Positions 46,990-61,618 of a stretch of 64,000 nt of DNA are shown piece by piece. The notes under the pieces are model-generated. The model saw only the letters and a list, made by a program, of their open reading frames with translations. It was not told the DNA's origin and did no database searches. Location of the stretch: contig NW_003314261.1 in NCBI RefSeq assembly GCF_000143415.4, forward strand, positions 5,358,360 to 5,422,359, given 5' to 3'. The first letter of the stretch is position 1, and each line of letters opens with the position of its first letter. The DNA comes from Selaginella moellendorffii. Lineage: Eukaryota; Plantae; Lycopodiophyta. The translations under genes and the position numbers were made by a program.

Positions 46990-49900
46990 TTACACGGCCT
47001 TCTTCCTCTCTTGTAGAGTCCTAAAGGTGAGCGCCTCTCCTATGGGCGGCAATACGTTGGGAACGTCGGCGCACTTCCCCAAATTGCTAAGCTTTAGGTG
47101 GCTCTTGACGACACTGGTGGAGTTTTGCTTGGATTGCTTGAAAGATCTGTGAGGAGTTTCGGAGCTCTTCATCGATCTACAAGGAAGAAGTAGAGAAAAG
47201 GGAAAGATCGATTCGGGAGTGTAAAAATCTCACGACTAGAATCCCTGCGTACCTTCTCTTACTCGTGTCCTGATTGGAAGGCTGTAAAGGAAGCCTGTTT
47301 GCGGACGTTGGTACCTAGAGATTCTTCTCACTGTTAGAGACGGATGCTAGAGAAAAGCACGACACTCTACCTCAAGAATCCATGCGTGTTGTAGGAGATC
47401 GTCCGGAGTCATTCGCTGGTTTCTATCCCAACGCAGGCAGCATTCCAAAAAGTTGATAAAGAGTGGGTTGTTGCACCGAAGTGCCGTCGAGAGGTTCTTG
47501 GTTCCAGGCCAGTACTTCTTTCCCCAAGAGTTGGGAACTATCCTCGGGTGATTGCTGCTATCTGGTGTTGAAGTTGATTACCAAACTTGTCTGACGAAAG
47601 TTGCGTGAGCTTACCGAAAAACATTTTTTTTCGCGTCGCATTCTCCAATAAAAAGTCTGGTGGTGTCCCAAGAATCTCCATCATACAAGCTAGCTGCTCC
47701 ACTTCGTTTTCTCCCGGAAATAATGGACATCCTGCGAACAGCGGATCAATCAATATCAGACACTTGAACACGGATGTATGGTGCGACTCACCAGAGCATA
47801 GTTCAGCTAGGATGCAACCAAAGCTCCAAACGTCAATCATGACATCGTAAGGTAGGCCTGCATAACATTTCCATCGCGGTGGAATCAAATTATTGGGGAA
47901 TTTCTTTTCTTGAGAACGTACCGAGGATGACTTCTGGGGACCGATAGAAACGGCTCTGGATGTATGTATAAACTGCAAGCGAAGGTTTGGGTTGGATGAG
48001 ATTCCACCGGAAATCTTAAAAGGATCTTACTCTTCTCATGTTCGAAGCAACTGGATCCAAAGTCGATCACTTTGATCTTTGAGGACGAAGGATGGTGTAG
48101 GAGAATGTTCTCGGGCTTCAAGTCACAATGGATAACGTGCAGCTTCCGCAAGAACTTGAGTGCCTGTAGAACCTGGATGGCAATGTCCCTGATCACCGCC
48201 ATGCTTATCCCCTGGAAGTTGTTCTTCTTGATCAAGTCGTACAAGCTGATATCGTGAAGCTCGAAGGTGATGCACAAATGACCTCGAAAGTAGAAGCTCT
48301 CATGGATGGTTACGATGTTATAGTTGGCAGATTCTTCTGTAGCCTGCAAAGACCTTTCATAAACAATTACATTTCAGACAGTACTTTTCCTTGTGATGAA
48401 TATGAAATTAAGTTCCAGCCTGTGCAATAAAGAATTAGTTTCAAAATGGAAGCAGGTTTTCCAAGTACCTTGTCGCGGAGGTGCTCCAGAATCTTGACTT
48501 CAATCAACGCTTGCTGATGAAACCTTTTCTTGTTGCGAATGACTTTCACGGCTCTCAGTGATTTGAGCTTGTGATCAATGCACTTCAACACTTGACCAAA
48601 GCTACCCTTCCCCAAAATACCCACTATTTCATACCGATAAGCTAGATGATCGCGTTCAACAATAAGGTAATCTCCTCTGTCATCGTCATATCCTAGAATT
48701 GCAGGACATGATCAGATCAGAAGTGTAAAACTATCTGCAATAACACTCACCGTAGTTACAATTGCCAGGCGTGCTCGACGTTTGTATTTTGTGTGAGTTG
48801 GCCCCGATAAAAAAGACTTCTTGGTACGGAAGAATCTCTTGGTGCTCATACTCGCTCATATGACTAGAGCATTGCTTCAGCACAACTGTCGTGATCGCCG
48901 ACGTGAGTATCGTGTCAAAGATATAAAGCTTTCACTCACTTTCTGGTGTTGCAAGTACACCAGGTGGAAGAGACGGGAAAGTTGGAGCATCTGTCTTCTG
49001 GCAGAACATATGGTAGAGTCGGATCAGAAGCTTATCTTTTAGCATCGTCCCGGAAAAGGAAAATCCAGTTTTGGCTTACCTTTCTTCTCTGATAGCTACT
49101 TAAGGTTCTGCGGCTCCTATCTGCAACGGCTAGTCTTGGATTTTGCTCGGAAGATATCTGAAACAGCGAAGCGACGGAAAACGTGAGCACGCTCAAAACA
49201 AGGCGTCTGGGAAGAAGAAAGACTTACAGCGTTCGCAAGCCTGGCTGTCTGAACGCATTCAACAGGATTGCCACCAAAGCCTGCACGGTGTCACTGTAAC
49301 TCTGTCAGCTCGAAGAGAACAATCTCCGGCCTGGAAAACGTACCAAGAGGAACAGCACTTGAATGCTTGTCCACCGGCAGCTTCAAAGACTTCACTTTGA
49401 CGCAATCTGCCCGATCCTTTGAAACAGCTCCATGACTTCCCTGTGAATTATAGTCCTCGTGAAGCCTGCATGCCTTCTAAACTTGAAGCCATGAGGCCAT
49501 TAGAAAACGAAAAGGAAATTACCTGTAACTATCGCTCATCTTGGCCGCATCCTCTTGAGAATGTTTCTCATCTTTCAAGTTGAGGTAGTGGAGGTTCCCG
49601 TGGAACTTAGCCGCCACGGAAGGATAGCTATCCTGGTTCGTCCTCGCCGTGACGGAGAACGGATCCTTCGTCAAATGCAGCGAGAGCTTTCTGGCTTCCC
49701 AATCCGGCTTGCTCACCTTGGCCAGTGCCTCCTCCAGAGAACTCACCAAGCGCAGCGACAGCTTCTTAGCTTGCAAAGTCGACTCCGACTTCTTAGTTTT
49801 GGCATTGTCCACCTCCGAGTTTAATCCACCGCTCAACCTCGACTCGGATGGCTCCCTGTCATTGTTGTTCTGAAAGTTCCTGGTCGTCATACTCCCGTTC

Positions 49901-50460
49901 TTCACCGCGTAGCTATCCCCATTAAACTTCCTATCGCTGGAAGACATGAGCTGCGTCACCGAGTAAGGATACGAGTACTTCGCAAGCTTTTCTCTGTTCT
50001 CCGTGAACCTCGCGGTCTCGGCGTGATACCCCTTGTTTGTGGCGTGATCGCCACCATAGTCCCCAGCAAGTGCATTGAACAGCGGGCTCTCTTTGGCGCT
50101 TCTCTTGAGTAGATAATTCCTTCGATCCCCTCTAGAACTAGCTGGAGTGGACTGCGTTCCAGTCGGCTCAAACGATTCATCCTTTCCCAAATCCTGGCTC
50201 GACGAGGCCGATTCTTCCTGCTGCTGCTGCTGCTGCTGCTGCTCCAGATTTTGCTTGATCTTGGCCAGATTGAGCGTCGGGAGGGCCTGCGACCGGAATT
50301 CGTTGCTCCTCTTGAGACCGCCAGACTTTGGAGCCGCAGGCAGCCCTACCTTGGACGATCCCAGCGACGGCCTCCTCATCCCACGCCGAGGAGTGCCAAG
50401 AACATCGTGCTGCGACCAGGAAGAGAAGTAATCCAGCTTCGTGCCGTTGTCGGTCCTCAT
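46990..50460 (-). CDS. Class 2 DYRK (DYRK2/4-like) kinase with a long N-terminal extension, multi-exon; start uncertain
   Basis: DH-box [87 protein letters not shown]. Confidence 0.88.
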
Positions 50461-51173
50461 TCTAGCGCTCACATTTCCCGGGAAGGAGCCAAGGATCGCG
50501 TTGGCACTCACCAGAACAGCGCAATCGCGAGCAGCGACGTGCGCGCATTGGATTCCATCCGAAAATCTCTCGCATTCCTCGATCGGTGAGATCGTTCGCC
50601 CTAAGCTCGTTGTCAGTTAGGGCAACTGATCGAGGGGTGACACGTAACAAACGAACAGCATATTCTCCGTTATTATGTGAAGATTCCATTTACAAACTAT
50701 TTAGAAGCCATGCTCCTGAATCCAAATCTCTCGAAGACAACGAATTCCAACTCCCACGATCAAAGCTATCATCAAACTGTCCCAAAATGAGATTGCGTAA
50801 TAGCAAAGAACAAGAATTCCAAAACTATACGATACAAACAAAATAGACCGACAGCGTACGCGATATTGGAGCACTCATAAATACAAAGCACAAAGATACA
50901 GTATAGAAAACGTAGAACTTTAGTAGCAGTAACAAACAAAACTAATATACAGCCACAAGTACCTTTCCAAGTTTCTTCTTCTCCAAACTCGAGAGAGAGA
51001 GAGCTGGAAAGGTCAGGAGCTTGCGTGCCATAAGAACAACAAACATGAAGAAAACAAAGAAAGAGAAGCAAAGAAAGCACGAACATAGAAGCGACAGTAC
51101 CAAAATTAAGATATGCGTCGTCGTCTCATCTCTTTCGCTTTGTCCCGGTTCCTTGCGAGCCACTTTTCGTGCT

Positions 51174-53799
51174 TCACCACGACTGCGCGGAGCGCGACTC
51201 GGTGCTGCTGCTTGGCACCGCCAGGATCGTCAGCCGCCTCACGGATTTCACAAAGTTCCTGCGTAAGCAACCACGTCAAGAACTTGAAAGATCCAGGAGC
51301 TCAATCCAGGAAAACGTACCCGTATGGCTCGCCACCGATGTAGATAGTGGATCCCTCGAGGTCCCTGTAGACCACTCGGCCGGAGAGCTTGGACTTGTCC
51401 ATGGTAAACATGGAGGCCAGCCGGTCGTAGAGCTCCTCGTAGTTCCCAAACAGAGACAAGTCCAGTGTCCGGCCGACCTCTTCTTTCTCGAAGAAGATCT
51501 TGCAGTGGATGACGCCGTCATCGTCCGGGTCCGCGCCGGAGTGCTCTTTCATCCACTTGGAGCTGCCCGATTCATTGGTGACGCCTGAGTCCGGGCTCTC
51601 CCCCTGGCACAGGCGCAAGCTTGTGCTGGTTACGTTGGTGAACAGCTTGTGAGTCATGTCCGTCGTGTTGTTGGTGACGTTGCCACTGCTGGCGTTTTTG
51701 TTGCCGAGATTATTGTTGATGATGTTGTTGTCAGCCTGACCGTCTTCGAAAGACGAGTTCGAGCTGGGTTGAGCCTGAGAGGTACTCTCCTTGTACTGGT
51801 GAGAAGTCCCCTCTGATGAGCATCCACCACTCACACCCGAGTTCTGTTGCTGCTGCAGCTGCTGCTCTTCCGGATTGTAGTTCGGATCAATCGACTTCCC
51901 AAAGAGAAGAAACGTTGCAGTTCGTTTCGTCCCGGACTTCGGTGCAACCGAAGGTGGTGCGGTGGACTCGCTTTGAGTTGCTGCTGCTGGAGTTCCATAA
52001 GCCGAACGACCAGTGTTGGTGGCGTTGATGATGTTTGCCTGCTGCAACTGGAAATAGTCGTGCGGAGTAGTGGTAGTAGTAGCGAAGTTGTTTAGCCTCA
52101 AGTCGGTGGTGGCACCACGGCTAGTCATGGAATGATCTAGCGGGTAAGCTCCATCCAAAAACAACCCAGCTACACGCTGCTTAGGCTGAAACTCCGACAA
52201 TGTCAGCCCGTAAAATCTCTCTTGCCTGGCTCCCTGCATGCCTGCAGGAACTTCCTCTGAAAGACTTTGCCATGGATTCATCTGCCCCAAGACGTTGTTA
52301 GCAAGTGCGGCCATTGGCAGCCCCATGAAGCCGCCTTGGCTTTCTCCAAACTGAAGGTCAAGGGGACGGATCTTCTTCCGCGGTAGTGAAAATGGCGGTA
52401 ACTGCATCGGCAGTGTTGAAACGAGCTCGACTTGCCAAGGACTCACTCGGTTCACCCCTTGCAACAAGTCCGGCTCATCCCAAGACACCTGTAAAGAACA
52501 GTAATATCGTAAGTATATCGAAAGGATAAGCGCTAGTAAGCTTACCTGCAGTATACGCCATGGAGAAGACGGCCAGCGAATGGGATCAGCGGGCTGCACA
52601 GCAGATATGGTTCCCATAAACCAACTGATTCGTGACGAGTCTTCGGTCTCGAAGGCCATCTTGAATCTCATGCCCGGGTACCAGCTATGCTCCAGAGATG
52701 CCTTCACCACACTGGCCCTCACGCAAAACTCCGCTGTGCTAGCCCGAGGATAGTACACAACTTCAAACGCCTGACCAGCAGCAGCCAGTGAAGCAGCTTC
52801 CAAAACGGACTTTGACGTCACCCTTGCTCGGTTCCTCGCAAAACTGGCACCACTAGTACCAGATCCATTTCCAGACAGGAGCTCAGAGTATCCACTCTCC
52901 GACTTGATTTCCCAGCGTGACGAATTCTGCGGAAGTGACCTCTGACCAGGCGAAGAGTGCCATGAAATCCCTGAGTCGCCATTCCCAGGCCCGCGCATGG
53001 ACCTTCGAACACCGACACAGAGTTCCCCGCTGGCGCTCCGGAGGAAAACTATAGCATCCCCAGCAACAAGCTTCTTCTGATTCACAAAAGTGCTCCAACC
53101 CGTTGTCAGCAAGTGCCGGCGAGGAGTGCCCCTGTAGATATGGCGGAACTTCCAGATTTCACCGTGCACGTCCTTGGCAAGAACAGTCTGGACTGGCGGA
53201 TCGATGGAGTAGTCCAGGCGTGGAAAGATGGTCTCCGCACAGTACCGGGGAACAGAAAAGCCCCCACCGTTGTTGGCATCGCTCTGAGTGAGCGTCTTCG
53301 CGAAAGAGGCCGGCTTCTCCACAACAGTCGGGCTGGACACAAGCTCCTCGTCGTCACCCATCCTCGTACCAAACAGCGGAGCCGGGGCAACTTCCGGCTG
53401 GAGCTTCATCTTTGCGTACACCTCGTCGGTCTCGGCGTCGGCCAAGAAGTCCACGGATATGACCCGGCACAGAATTGTCCCCCCAGATCGTGGAAAGTCG
53501 GGAATTGCCGCGGCCTGTTCACCATGTCCCTGTGGGAAGTAAATCACCTTCGCTCCAACTGGAGGTAGCTGTACCATTCCACCGGCACAGGCATGCCACA
53601 GCTGAGAGTCGAGTCCCTTCTTGGGCTGATCCGAGTGAGCCTTGTTGGCGCTGTTGCTGGGGTCGGACGAAGCCATGTGAGACCTCATCATGTTGAGCGC
53701 AGTCGCGGCAGCTAGTGACTTGTGTTGAGCGGGCAGTCCCCGCTGCAAGGCAGGAGCATGCAGAGGGGGAGCAATTTTGGCCGTTTGTACGCAAACCAT
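51174..53799 (-). CDS. Auxin response factor, class C (ARF10/16/17-like)
   Basis: LWHACAG, B3 domain FAKTLTQSDANNGGGFSVPRYCAETIFP, GMRFKMAFETEDSSRISWFMG, PAGMQGARQ, LLFGKSI, PB1 (CKIFFE...GRTLDL...GGEPY|GNFVKSVRRLTIL). Confidence 0.95.
52223..52243 (-). promoter_or_regulatory. miR160 target site in the ARF CDS
   Basis: Plus strand tgcctggctccctgcatgcct versus miR160 UGCCUGGCUCCCUGUAUGCCA. Confidence 0.92.
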
Positions 53800-56415
53800 A
53801 AGAATGCCACCACCGCCCCGGCTCTGCCAAAATGCAGACAAAAGAAGATCTGTGAGATAAAAACACCATCAAGGTCCACCTAATTCATGAAGACGAAGGA
53901 AGTTTAGAAAGAAGGGGGGAAAAAAACCACCAAGACAGGCAAGCCAAAGCAAAGAAAGCAAGAAGAAGTATGAAGAACTCATGACTCGTACCAAGAGCGA
54001 GAGGCAAGAGCACTGACCTTTACAAGTGAAAAAGAGGCTCGCTGTGAATGTAGACCGCAACTTGACCCTTTACAAAGAGCCCTTTCAATGAATGCGAGCA
54101 CCACTAGCGATCAGACACGAGCACGAGGAAGAGGCCGTTGTTGGGCTGCCTCTCGGGAATAATCTCGTCCGACCCACAAAGCTGTGACGCTGCTCGCTGG
54201 CCAAACTTTCCTTCTTTTGCTACTTGGAGCTCTCGCTCACGGGCCCTCACCGATGACCCAGCTGGGAGCCATCCGTGAGCTCGCAATGGGAAAATGTTTC
54301 AATCCATGTATCTTGGAATAAAACGTCCGATTCTACTGCAGACCAGACCAACAACAACAAAAAAACATGAGAAGGGAAAGAAAAAAAAAACCTTTAAAAA
54401 CTAAAGAAAAAGAACAAAGGAATCAAAGCACGAATCACTCGGTAGCTAGAGTTAGATAAACCAGCCTCGAGGAAGAAAAGGGGGAGAAGTTTTAACACGA
54501 AGAAGAGAGGGCTTCCACTGGAAATCCAAGCAAAGCAACCACTAAACCTAGAAGATTGGGACCACACAAAAACAATAACGCCACAAGAACACGCACACAG
54601 CTTTTCCCGGATGCATGCATCTCAACAAACGGTCATCAATCCATCCATTCCTCCATTCCACTCACACAGGACGAATGATCTGGACAGAAATTTCAGAGTG
54701 AACCTGATGCATCCGGCCGCCGATGCGTGTGATTTTCCTCCCAATTCCTCCGGCGCCGCCGCCGCCGCTGCTGCCGATGGATCGAAATATCGGTCCTGCG
54801 CCGATCTTTCACCTCTCGCCCGCGAATGTGGCAGCGCCGCAGCTCAGATCGATCCAAAAGAGGGAAGAACAGGAGAAGAAAAGAGGGGGAAAGAAAAAAG
54901 AGGAAAAAAACTGGCCCCGACAGACCGCCTCGCGCTTCACATCTCCGACACGGACACACGCACCACACCCAAACTCGCGAAATGCAAACCCTTAACTGCC
55001 ACTAAGTTAGGGCACGTTGCTTAAGCCGGAGCGCCAGCTATGGCGGAGGCCCCTCTCTCCCATCTCCACATCTCCTCCCCCCAGAGGGGGAGCGCGTTTT
55101 TGGTGCGGCACGAGTTTCGGCCATGGCCCAAGACCGCAGGGACCGAGCTGTCGTACACCAAATGTTGGGCCGGGCAGTAATGCCTGCCCGCTGCCCGCCC
55201 TGCCCGTGCCGGCCACCCAGTCGGTATTGACCGGCGCGTGTCGGTAAGAATTGTTCCGCGATTAATGAAAGAGCGTTATTAAAAGAAGATGATCGTATGT
55301 ATGTATCCGCGAATCACTACCCGGTCTTTGTTAGGAGCGGATATAAAACCCTAAAAACGAGAGAAAGAATGTGCAACATTTCTTTTCGATGGTGGCGAGA
55401 CACAATGTGTGCGCGTGGGGTGTGCGGTGCCTTGAATGACAGACCTAACAATTCGCTCCAGATGATAATTTAGTCCCACCGATGAGATCACACTCATTTG
55501 TTTGAGAGGTTTTATATCATTGTCTTGTGCCTCCACTCCTTTTGATGCACAATTTCAAAGTCTATACTACAGCGCATGTGGTCATCCGCCCCTCTTATGA
55601 TTAGCATAAGGCACCGAGTAAACAATACTAGTTTAATCTAATCTGTTGGCCGGTCCTCCGCCGATTAGACAAGGCAACACGCCAGGCCCTTTGATAGAAA
55701 ACGAACATATACTTCCGGGCTTGGGTGGACAGCGGTTACACAAAAGGTCACTTCTATATTACGCCAAAGTTCCCTCACGTTGATAATGATAGGACTTTGT
55801 ATGATAGTAAAAATTAAAATAAAGGCAAAGAACAAGATCGGCTGTTTCAAACGTGTGGTTCCGGGTTCGAGCCCACATCACGACAGTATACCCCACGAAG
55901 AATATTCGCACGTCAGTTTGCCGCCCCCAACCTTTCATCCCTTGGACGAAGATGCGGCAATTTTTTAAACTTGAAAGTCTGGGTATATGCAAGTTTATGC
56001 TCTTCTTGCGTGCCCGAAAAGAGTGGGCTCGTCATCCGACAGGGGCTGCCCGTCGACCGACCGGGCAGCAATAGACAACTCAAATGGGGCTAGTGTTTGA
56101 GCCTTTCACATTCTGTTGCGGGCGATCCATGCCGTTGGTGGGGCACTGGTGACTGGGCGCGATCGATATCGTCCATTTCCATGTGCTGCGCGGTCCGGTG
56201 CTCGATTCCCGTGGGCCCGCTGTGGAGAGCCTAACTAGGCCTATCATTTCTTTTCGCCATGTTCGGAACAACAGACATCCACTCCACTGTCTTTTTACAT
56301 GTTGCTAACGTGTTGTTGTTGTGCTACGAAAAGAAAGATGCGCGATGGAAGAGGTGCACTGAGAGGATTCGAACTGCAGACCTCTAGAAGAATCCGGGAG
56401 CATATTTCGGGCCTT

Positions 56416-56423
56416 AAACCCTA
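56416..56423 (+). promoter_or_regulatory. Telo-box upstream of EFL1
   Basis: AAACCCTA ~23 nt before the ATG; typical of plant ribosome-biogenesis genes. Confidence 0.55.
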
Positions 56424-56446
56424 GACCGCATTCGCATTCTAGGGCA

Positions 56447-59400
56447 ATGGAGAGGGAGACGGCGAGGACGCGAAATATTTGCATTCTCGCGCACGTCGAT
56501 CACGGCAAGACCACCCTCGCGGATCATCTCATCGCCGGCGCTGGAGGCGGTGTCTTGCATCCCAAGCAAGCTGGTAAGCTGCGGTACCTGGATTACAGGG
56601 ACGATGAGCAGCAGCGCGCCATCACGATGAAGAGCGCCTCGATTGCGCTTAGATTCCAGGGACATTCCGTCAATCTCATCGATTCTCCCGGCCACATTGA
56701 TTTCTGCAGCGAGGTTTCCACCGCCGTGAGGCTGAGCGATGGGGCGCTGGTCCTTGTGGATGTTTGCGAGGGTGTCCACATTCAAACACACGCGGTTCTT
56801 CGCCAGGCCTGGATGGAACAAGTGAAGCCGTGCTTGGTTCTCAACAAAATGGATCGTCTCATCACCGAGCTCAAATTGACGCCTTTGGAGGCCTACACTC
56901 GAATGAAGGTATTTTTTTTCTTTTCCTTCCTCACTGCCTCGCAGCATCGATCCTTGCATTAACTTCTGGAAGTTAATTTTTTGTTTTTCCGTTCTCATTG
57001 CCACTCTCAGGGAATTATCTCCGAAGTGAACAGCATAATGAGTGGATTTCGATCTGAGAAGTATTTATCGGATGTGGATTCCATTCTTGCAGGAGCTGAG
57101 GAGAAGGCCAACGGACGCGAGCAAGAAGATGGTGATTCTTTTGACGACTACGACGATAGTGAATCCGAGAAGGATGTTTTCTCTCCGCAGCAGGGAAACG
57201 TAGCCTTCTCCAGCGCCGTCGATGGGTGGGCTTTTAGAACGTACCAGTTCGCGGAGTTATACCGGGCAAAGCGGGGTTTTAGCCTTGCGTCGCTGAGGAA
57301 GTCTCTGTGGGGTGACTTCTACTTCTTACCAAAGGAGGAGAAAATCGTGGGGAAGAAGGCCGCTGGGAAGCACAAGCCGATGTTCGTCCAGTTCATATTG
57401 GAGCCGCTATGGCAAGTTTACAAGGCCTGCATGGAAGGGAAGCAAGGGATCGAAATGCTTAACAAGGTGGTGGAGAAAATGAAGCTCACCATATCGGTTC
57501 GTGAGCTTCAGAACAGGGATCCAAAGATAGTTCTGCAGGCGGTCATGAGCAAGTGGCTTCCTCTCCACGACAACATCTTGTCAATGGTGCTGGAAGTTCT
57601 ACCAGATCCGGCCACAGCTCAAGCATACCGCACAACAACAATGTACCCCAGAAGGCTTGTTGCTTCTAATACCAGCCAGGACGTAGAAGCTGAGCTTGAA
57701 GCCGTGAGAAGGGCCGTGGAGAGTTGTGACGATCGACCAGAGGCTCCATGCGTGACGTTTGTTTCGAAGATGTTTGCGGTTCCAGTTGAGATGATGCCTC
57801 GCGGAGAGGATCTTTTCAAAACAGACTGGAATGCAGGTGACATGGATGCATCACACAGGGAATGTTTCTTAGCTTTCGCCAGGGTCTTCAGCGGAGTGAT
57901 ATCAGTGGGACAGCACGTGTTTGTTCTCTCGGCTCTCTACGATCCAACTGAGGCGCAGCAAGAAAAAAAGAACCTCCAGGTAGCGAGAGTGGAAGCGCTT
58001 TACAGTATGATGGGACGAGGCCTGGAGCCTTGTGACAAAGCCACTGCCGGCAACGTGGTGGCCATCCGAGGACTCGGCCAGTATATCTTGAAGTCGGCAA
58101 CACTGTCGTCTACTCAGAACTGTTGGCCTTTCGCTGGCTTGAACTTCCAGGCTGCTCCAATCGTCCGTGTGGCAGTGGAATCATCGGATCCAGCGAACAT
58201 GGCTGCGCTCTCGAGAGGCTTAAGACTACTTAACAGAGCCGATCCTTTCGTGGAAGTGAGCCTCTCCAGCACTGGCGAGCACGTCATCTCCGCGGCTGGG
58301 GAAGTTCATTTGGAGCTGTGCATCAAGGATTTGAAAGAGCGGTTCGCCTGCGTGGAGCTGGAAGTATCTCCGCCTCTAGTGGCATTTCGAGAAACCATAG
58401 ACGAGAACGCGACCGAGGTTAAGACCGACTATGTGGAAGTGACTACACCCAACGGCCGATGCACCATACGTGTTCACGTCGCAAGGATGCCGAACGCACT
58501 GACTCAGCTGCTGGACGAGAGCTCGGAGCTGCTCAAAAACTTGGTGTCCGGCAAGAAGAAGCCGCAGACAGCCATCGAAGGCAAAGCCGATCCGGTTGAA
58601 GCACTGAAAGCACGGCTACTAGCAGCTGCGTCCGGTGATTCCGAGAAGAAGAAAGGTGACGGAAGTTTTGAGAAGGAACTGAAACGAATCTGGGCTCTTG
58701 GCCCGCGAGGAGTGGGACCGAACATCCTTCTCGTCCCGGACTACGACCGCCTAGGACGGCCTAAAGGCGGTACATCCATCGACGGTAGCACGTCTACAGC
58801 AGAGATACGAGGCTCTCCATACGTGTCGGAGCTACTGGGCTTCGCTGTAGCTCACAAGCAGAGCACTGATCCAGAGAGCTCGGGTTTACTCTCTGCCGAG
58901 GCCGATGGACTGGAAGGCAACATAGTTGCGGGGTTTCAACTAGCTACAGGAGCCGGGCCACTGTGCGAGGAGCCTCTATGGGGACTGGTTTTCACGGTAG
59001 AAGCTTTCATCTCCGAGGCAAGCACGGCCGAGAGCGCGGAGAGCCAAAACCAGCCGGGCACTTCGACGTCCTACGGGGTCTTCTCTGGCCAAGTTATCAC
59101 GGCGGTGAAGGAAGCTTGCCGGGCAGCGGTGCTACACAGGTACCCGAGGCTCGTGGAAGCGATGTATCTGTGCGAGGTGAGCACCACCTCGCAGTACCTG
59201 GGACAGATGTATGGCGTGCTGGCCAAGAGGCGAGCTCGGGTGCTCAAGGAGGAGATGCGCGAGGGGACGGACATGTTCACGGTGCACGCCTTCATGCCGG
59301 TGGCCGAGAGCTTTGGATTCGCGGACGAGCTGAGGAGGAAGACGTCCGGCGCCGCGAGCCCGCAGCTGATGCTGAGCCACTGGGAGGCGCTGGCGGAGGA

Positions 59401-59578
59401 CCCCTTCTTCGTGCCAAAGACCGAGGAGGAGCTGGAGGAGTTTGGGGATGGATCCAGCGTGCCGCAGAACACGGCCAGGAAGCTCATCGATGCGGTGAGG
59501 AGGAGGAAAGGGCTGCACGTCGAGGAGAAAGTAGTGCGCCACGCTACCAAGCAGAGGACGCTGGCCAGGAAAGTTTGA
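56447..59578 (+). CDS. EFL1: Elongation factor-like GTPase 1 (EFL1/RIA1, 60S maturation); intron 56909-57010
   Basis: [95 protein letters not shown]. Confidence 0.95.
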
Positions 59579-61618
59579 TTGATAGTCACGAGATGCGAGA
59601 GAAGAGAGGCTTTTCAAAAGATGGAACCAGATATATTCACAATGTTTCCATGCAATCGACGTTAAAATTGTTCTAACTATTTCTTTTCTTTTTTAACTGT
59701 CCTGAGGTTATAAACCTCACACTGTTATCCCTCTCTGTACGGCCGTAGTAGTTGAGCAAGTGAGCAAAATTCAAGCTTTATCAATATTTCTACATATTTT
59801 CCAAAAACTCCATTTCATGGTTACTTGCCTTGCAACAATTCTGGTAATGTTTCTATTTCCTAAAATATATTGAAAATAATAGTAATGGTTGTTCTTGTTC
59901 AATTAAGTTAAATTTTTCAAAAATAAAATAGAATATTATGTGTTAACATAGTATTATGTGGAGCTATATATGTGGTTGATTTATTATAGTGATCATGCTT
60001 TTACTACATTATTATTTTAGACATACTTACGATTTTGATTACATATTACGAACTATTTATTACAAACACTTTTGTGAAAGACTTCAATATTATTACTTAA
60101 ATTTCACTTTTTAATTTTAATAGTTTGTTTTTTGTATGTTAAGTAAAAGATCAAAAGTTTAATACATCATATGAATTTATTATTTCTAATGAGAATAATA
60201 AATTTGTTGATTGATCTTTGTATTTAAAAAAGATTAATTAAAATAAATCAAAGGCAAAAATTCACCTATTTTCTATTTATTTTTCAAGTCTAAAGAAGAA
60301 TATTATATATTTTAGAAAAGTAGAATTGATGTAAAACTTGTATAATATATAATGTTATATATTTAAGAATTAAGTTTATTACAAGAAAAAAAAGACAATT
60401 CAGTTTATCCATAAATTTTTATATTTTTAAATATATTGAAATAGTCAAAATTAAAACTATATAGGTTTAGTTCTTGCTGAATAATTTTTAATTTATAAAA
60501 TATTTTCATAACCAAAATATGTATCAAGATAACATTTAATAACAACAAAATAAGTATTTAAAGTCTAAAAACGTCTTTTATTGTTTAAATAATATTAAAA
60601 AAATTATCTTATTTTTTATAACCTCTAACTTTATAAATATAATGATTTTCTTAATTAATTAAGCACTTTAATTTTATAATTATCACTATAAACATTTTTA
60701 TGTTTTTAAAAATTTTAAGGAACTAAAACTATTTTGAAGGAAATATAAATATATCATAGTTATTTTTCTTATTTTTATTTTAATATAATTATATTATCAA
60801 TCTTTAAATGTTAAATCCCCCTCTTCCTTTGCACAAAAATGCTTAGTTTTTTCTTCGAATACAGCTAAAAATATTTAAAATCAAAATTTATATTTCATCC
60901 ACCAAATGTAAAAAAAAATAAACAATAATTATAAATAAATACTCTATTAAAAAAATTAAAAATTTTAAAAGAAAAAGTTTGGCATCAGTGGGGACTTGAT
61001 CGCGAAAAAGATTCCAGCAAAATAGTTGTGAAAGCAAGAAATCTGGTAAATATGTCATTTTTTTTCAAATTTTCCAGAACAGTCGACACTAACTTATTTT
61101 TTTAGTTTGATTTTTCCAAAAATCAATATTGTTAGTAAGGACTGAAAATAATGATTCTGGAAACATATGTGAACAGCATATAAAGAATAAAAGAAAAAGT
61201 TTATAATAGAACAAACAAACTCAAACTTTAACTATGTGAAAAAATCTTTAATGATATTCATAACCTCCTATTGATTAATTTGTGTTTTTAATGAGGGTAA
61301 AGAGAAAAACTTTTTTTAAAAAAATGACTTTTTTCTCCAACAAATTCTTGCAACAACAACATCATCAGTACTAGCTACTGCACAGAGTTGGCAGACAGCA
61401 CACTAACAATGGCTTTTCCTTGCTTGAACAGTGTTAGGGAAAGTTTGGACTAAAGTGTTGTTACAGATGTCATGAAGTTGGAGACGAGGCAAAGGCCATT
61501 TGTCAATCAGCACATAAAGCAAGAAAATTGTCCTTAAGCAAACGTTGTTAAATTTGAGGATGGTGAATCACATGAATACAAAGGTCTTTATTTTCTTTAT
61601 ATAACATCATATAACACC

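Noticed and set aside
56350-56392. tRNA-like B-box (reverse GTTCGAATC); similar GGTTCGAGCCC at ~55864
   Set aside because: No A-box or cloverleaf could be built.
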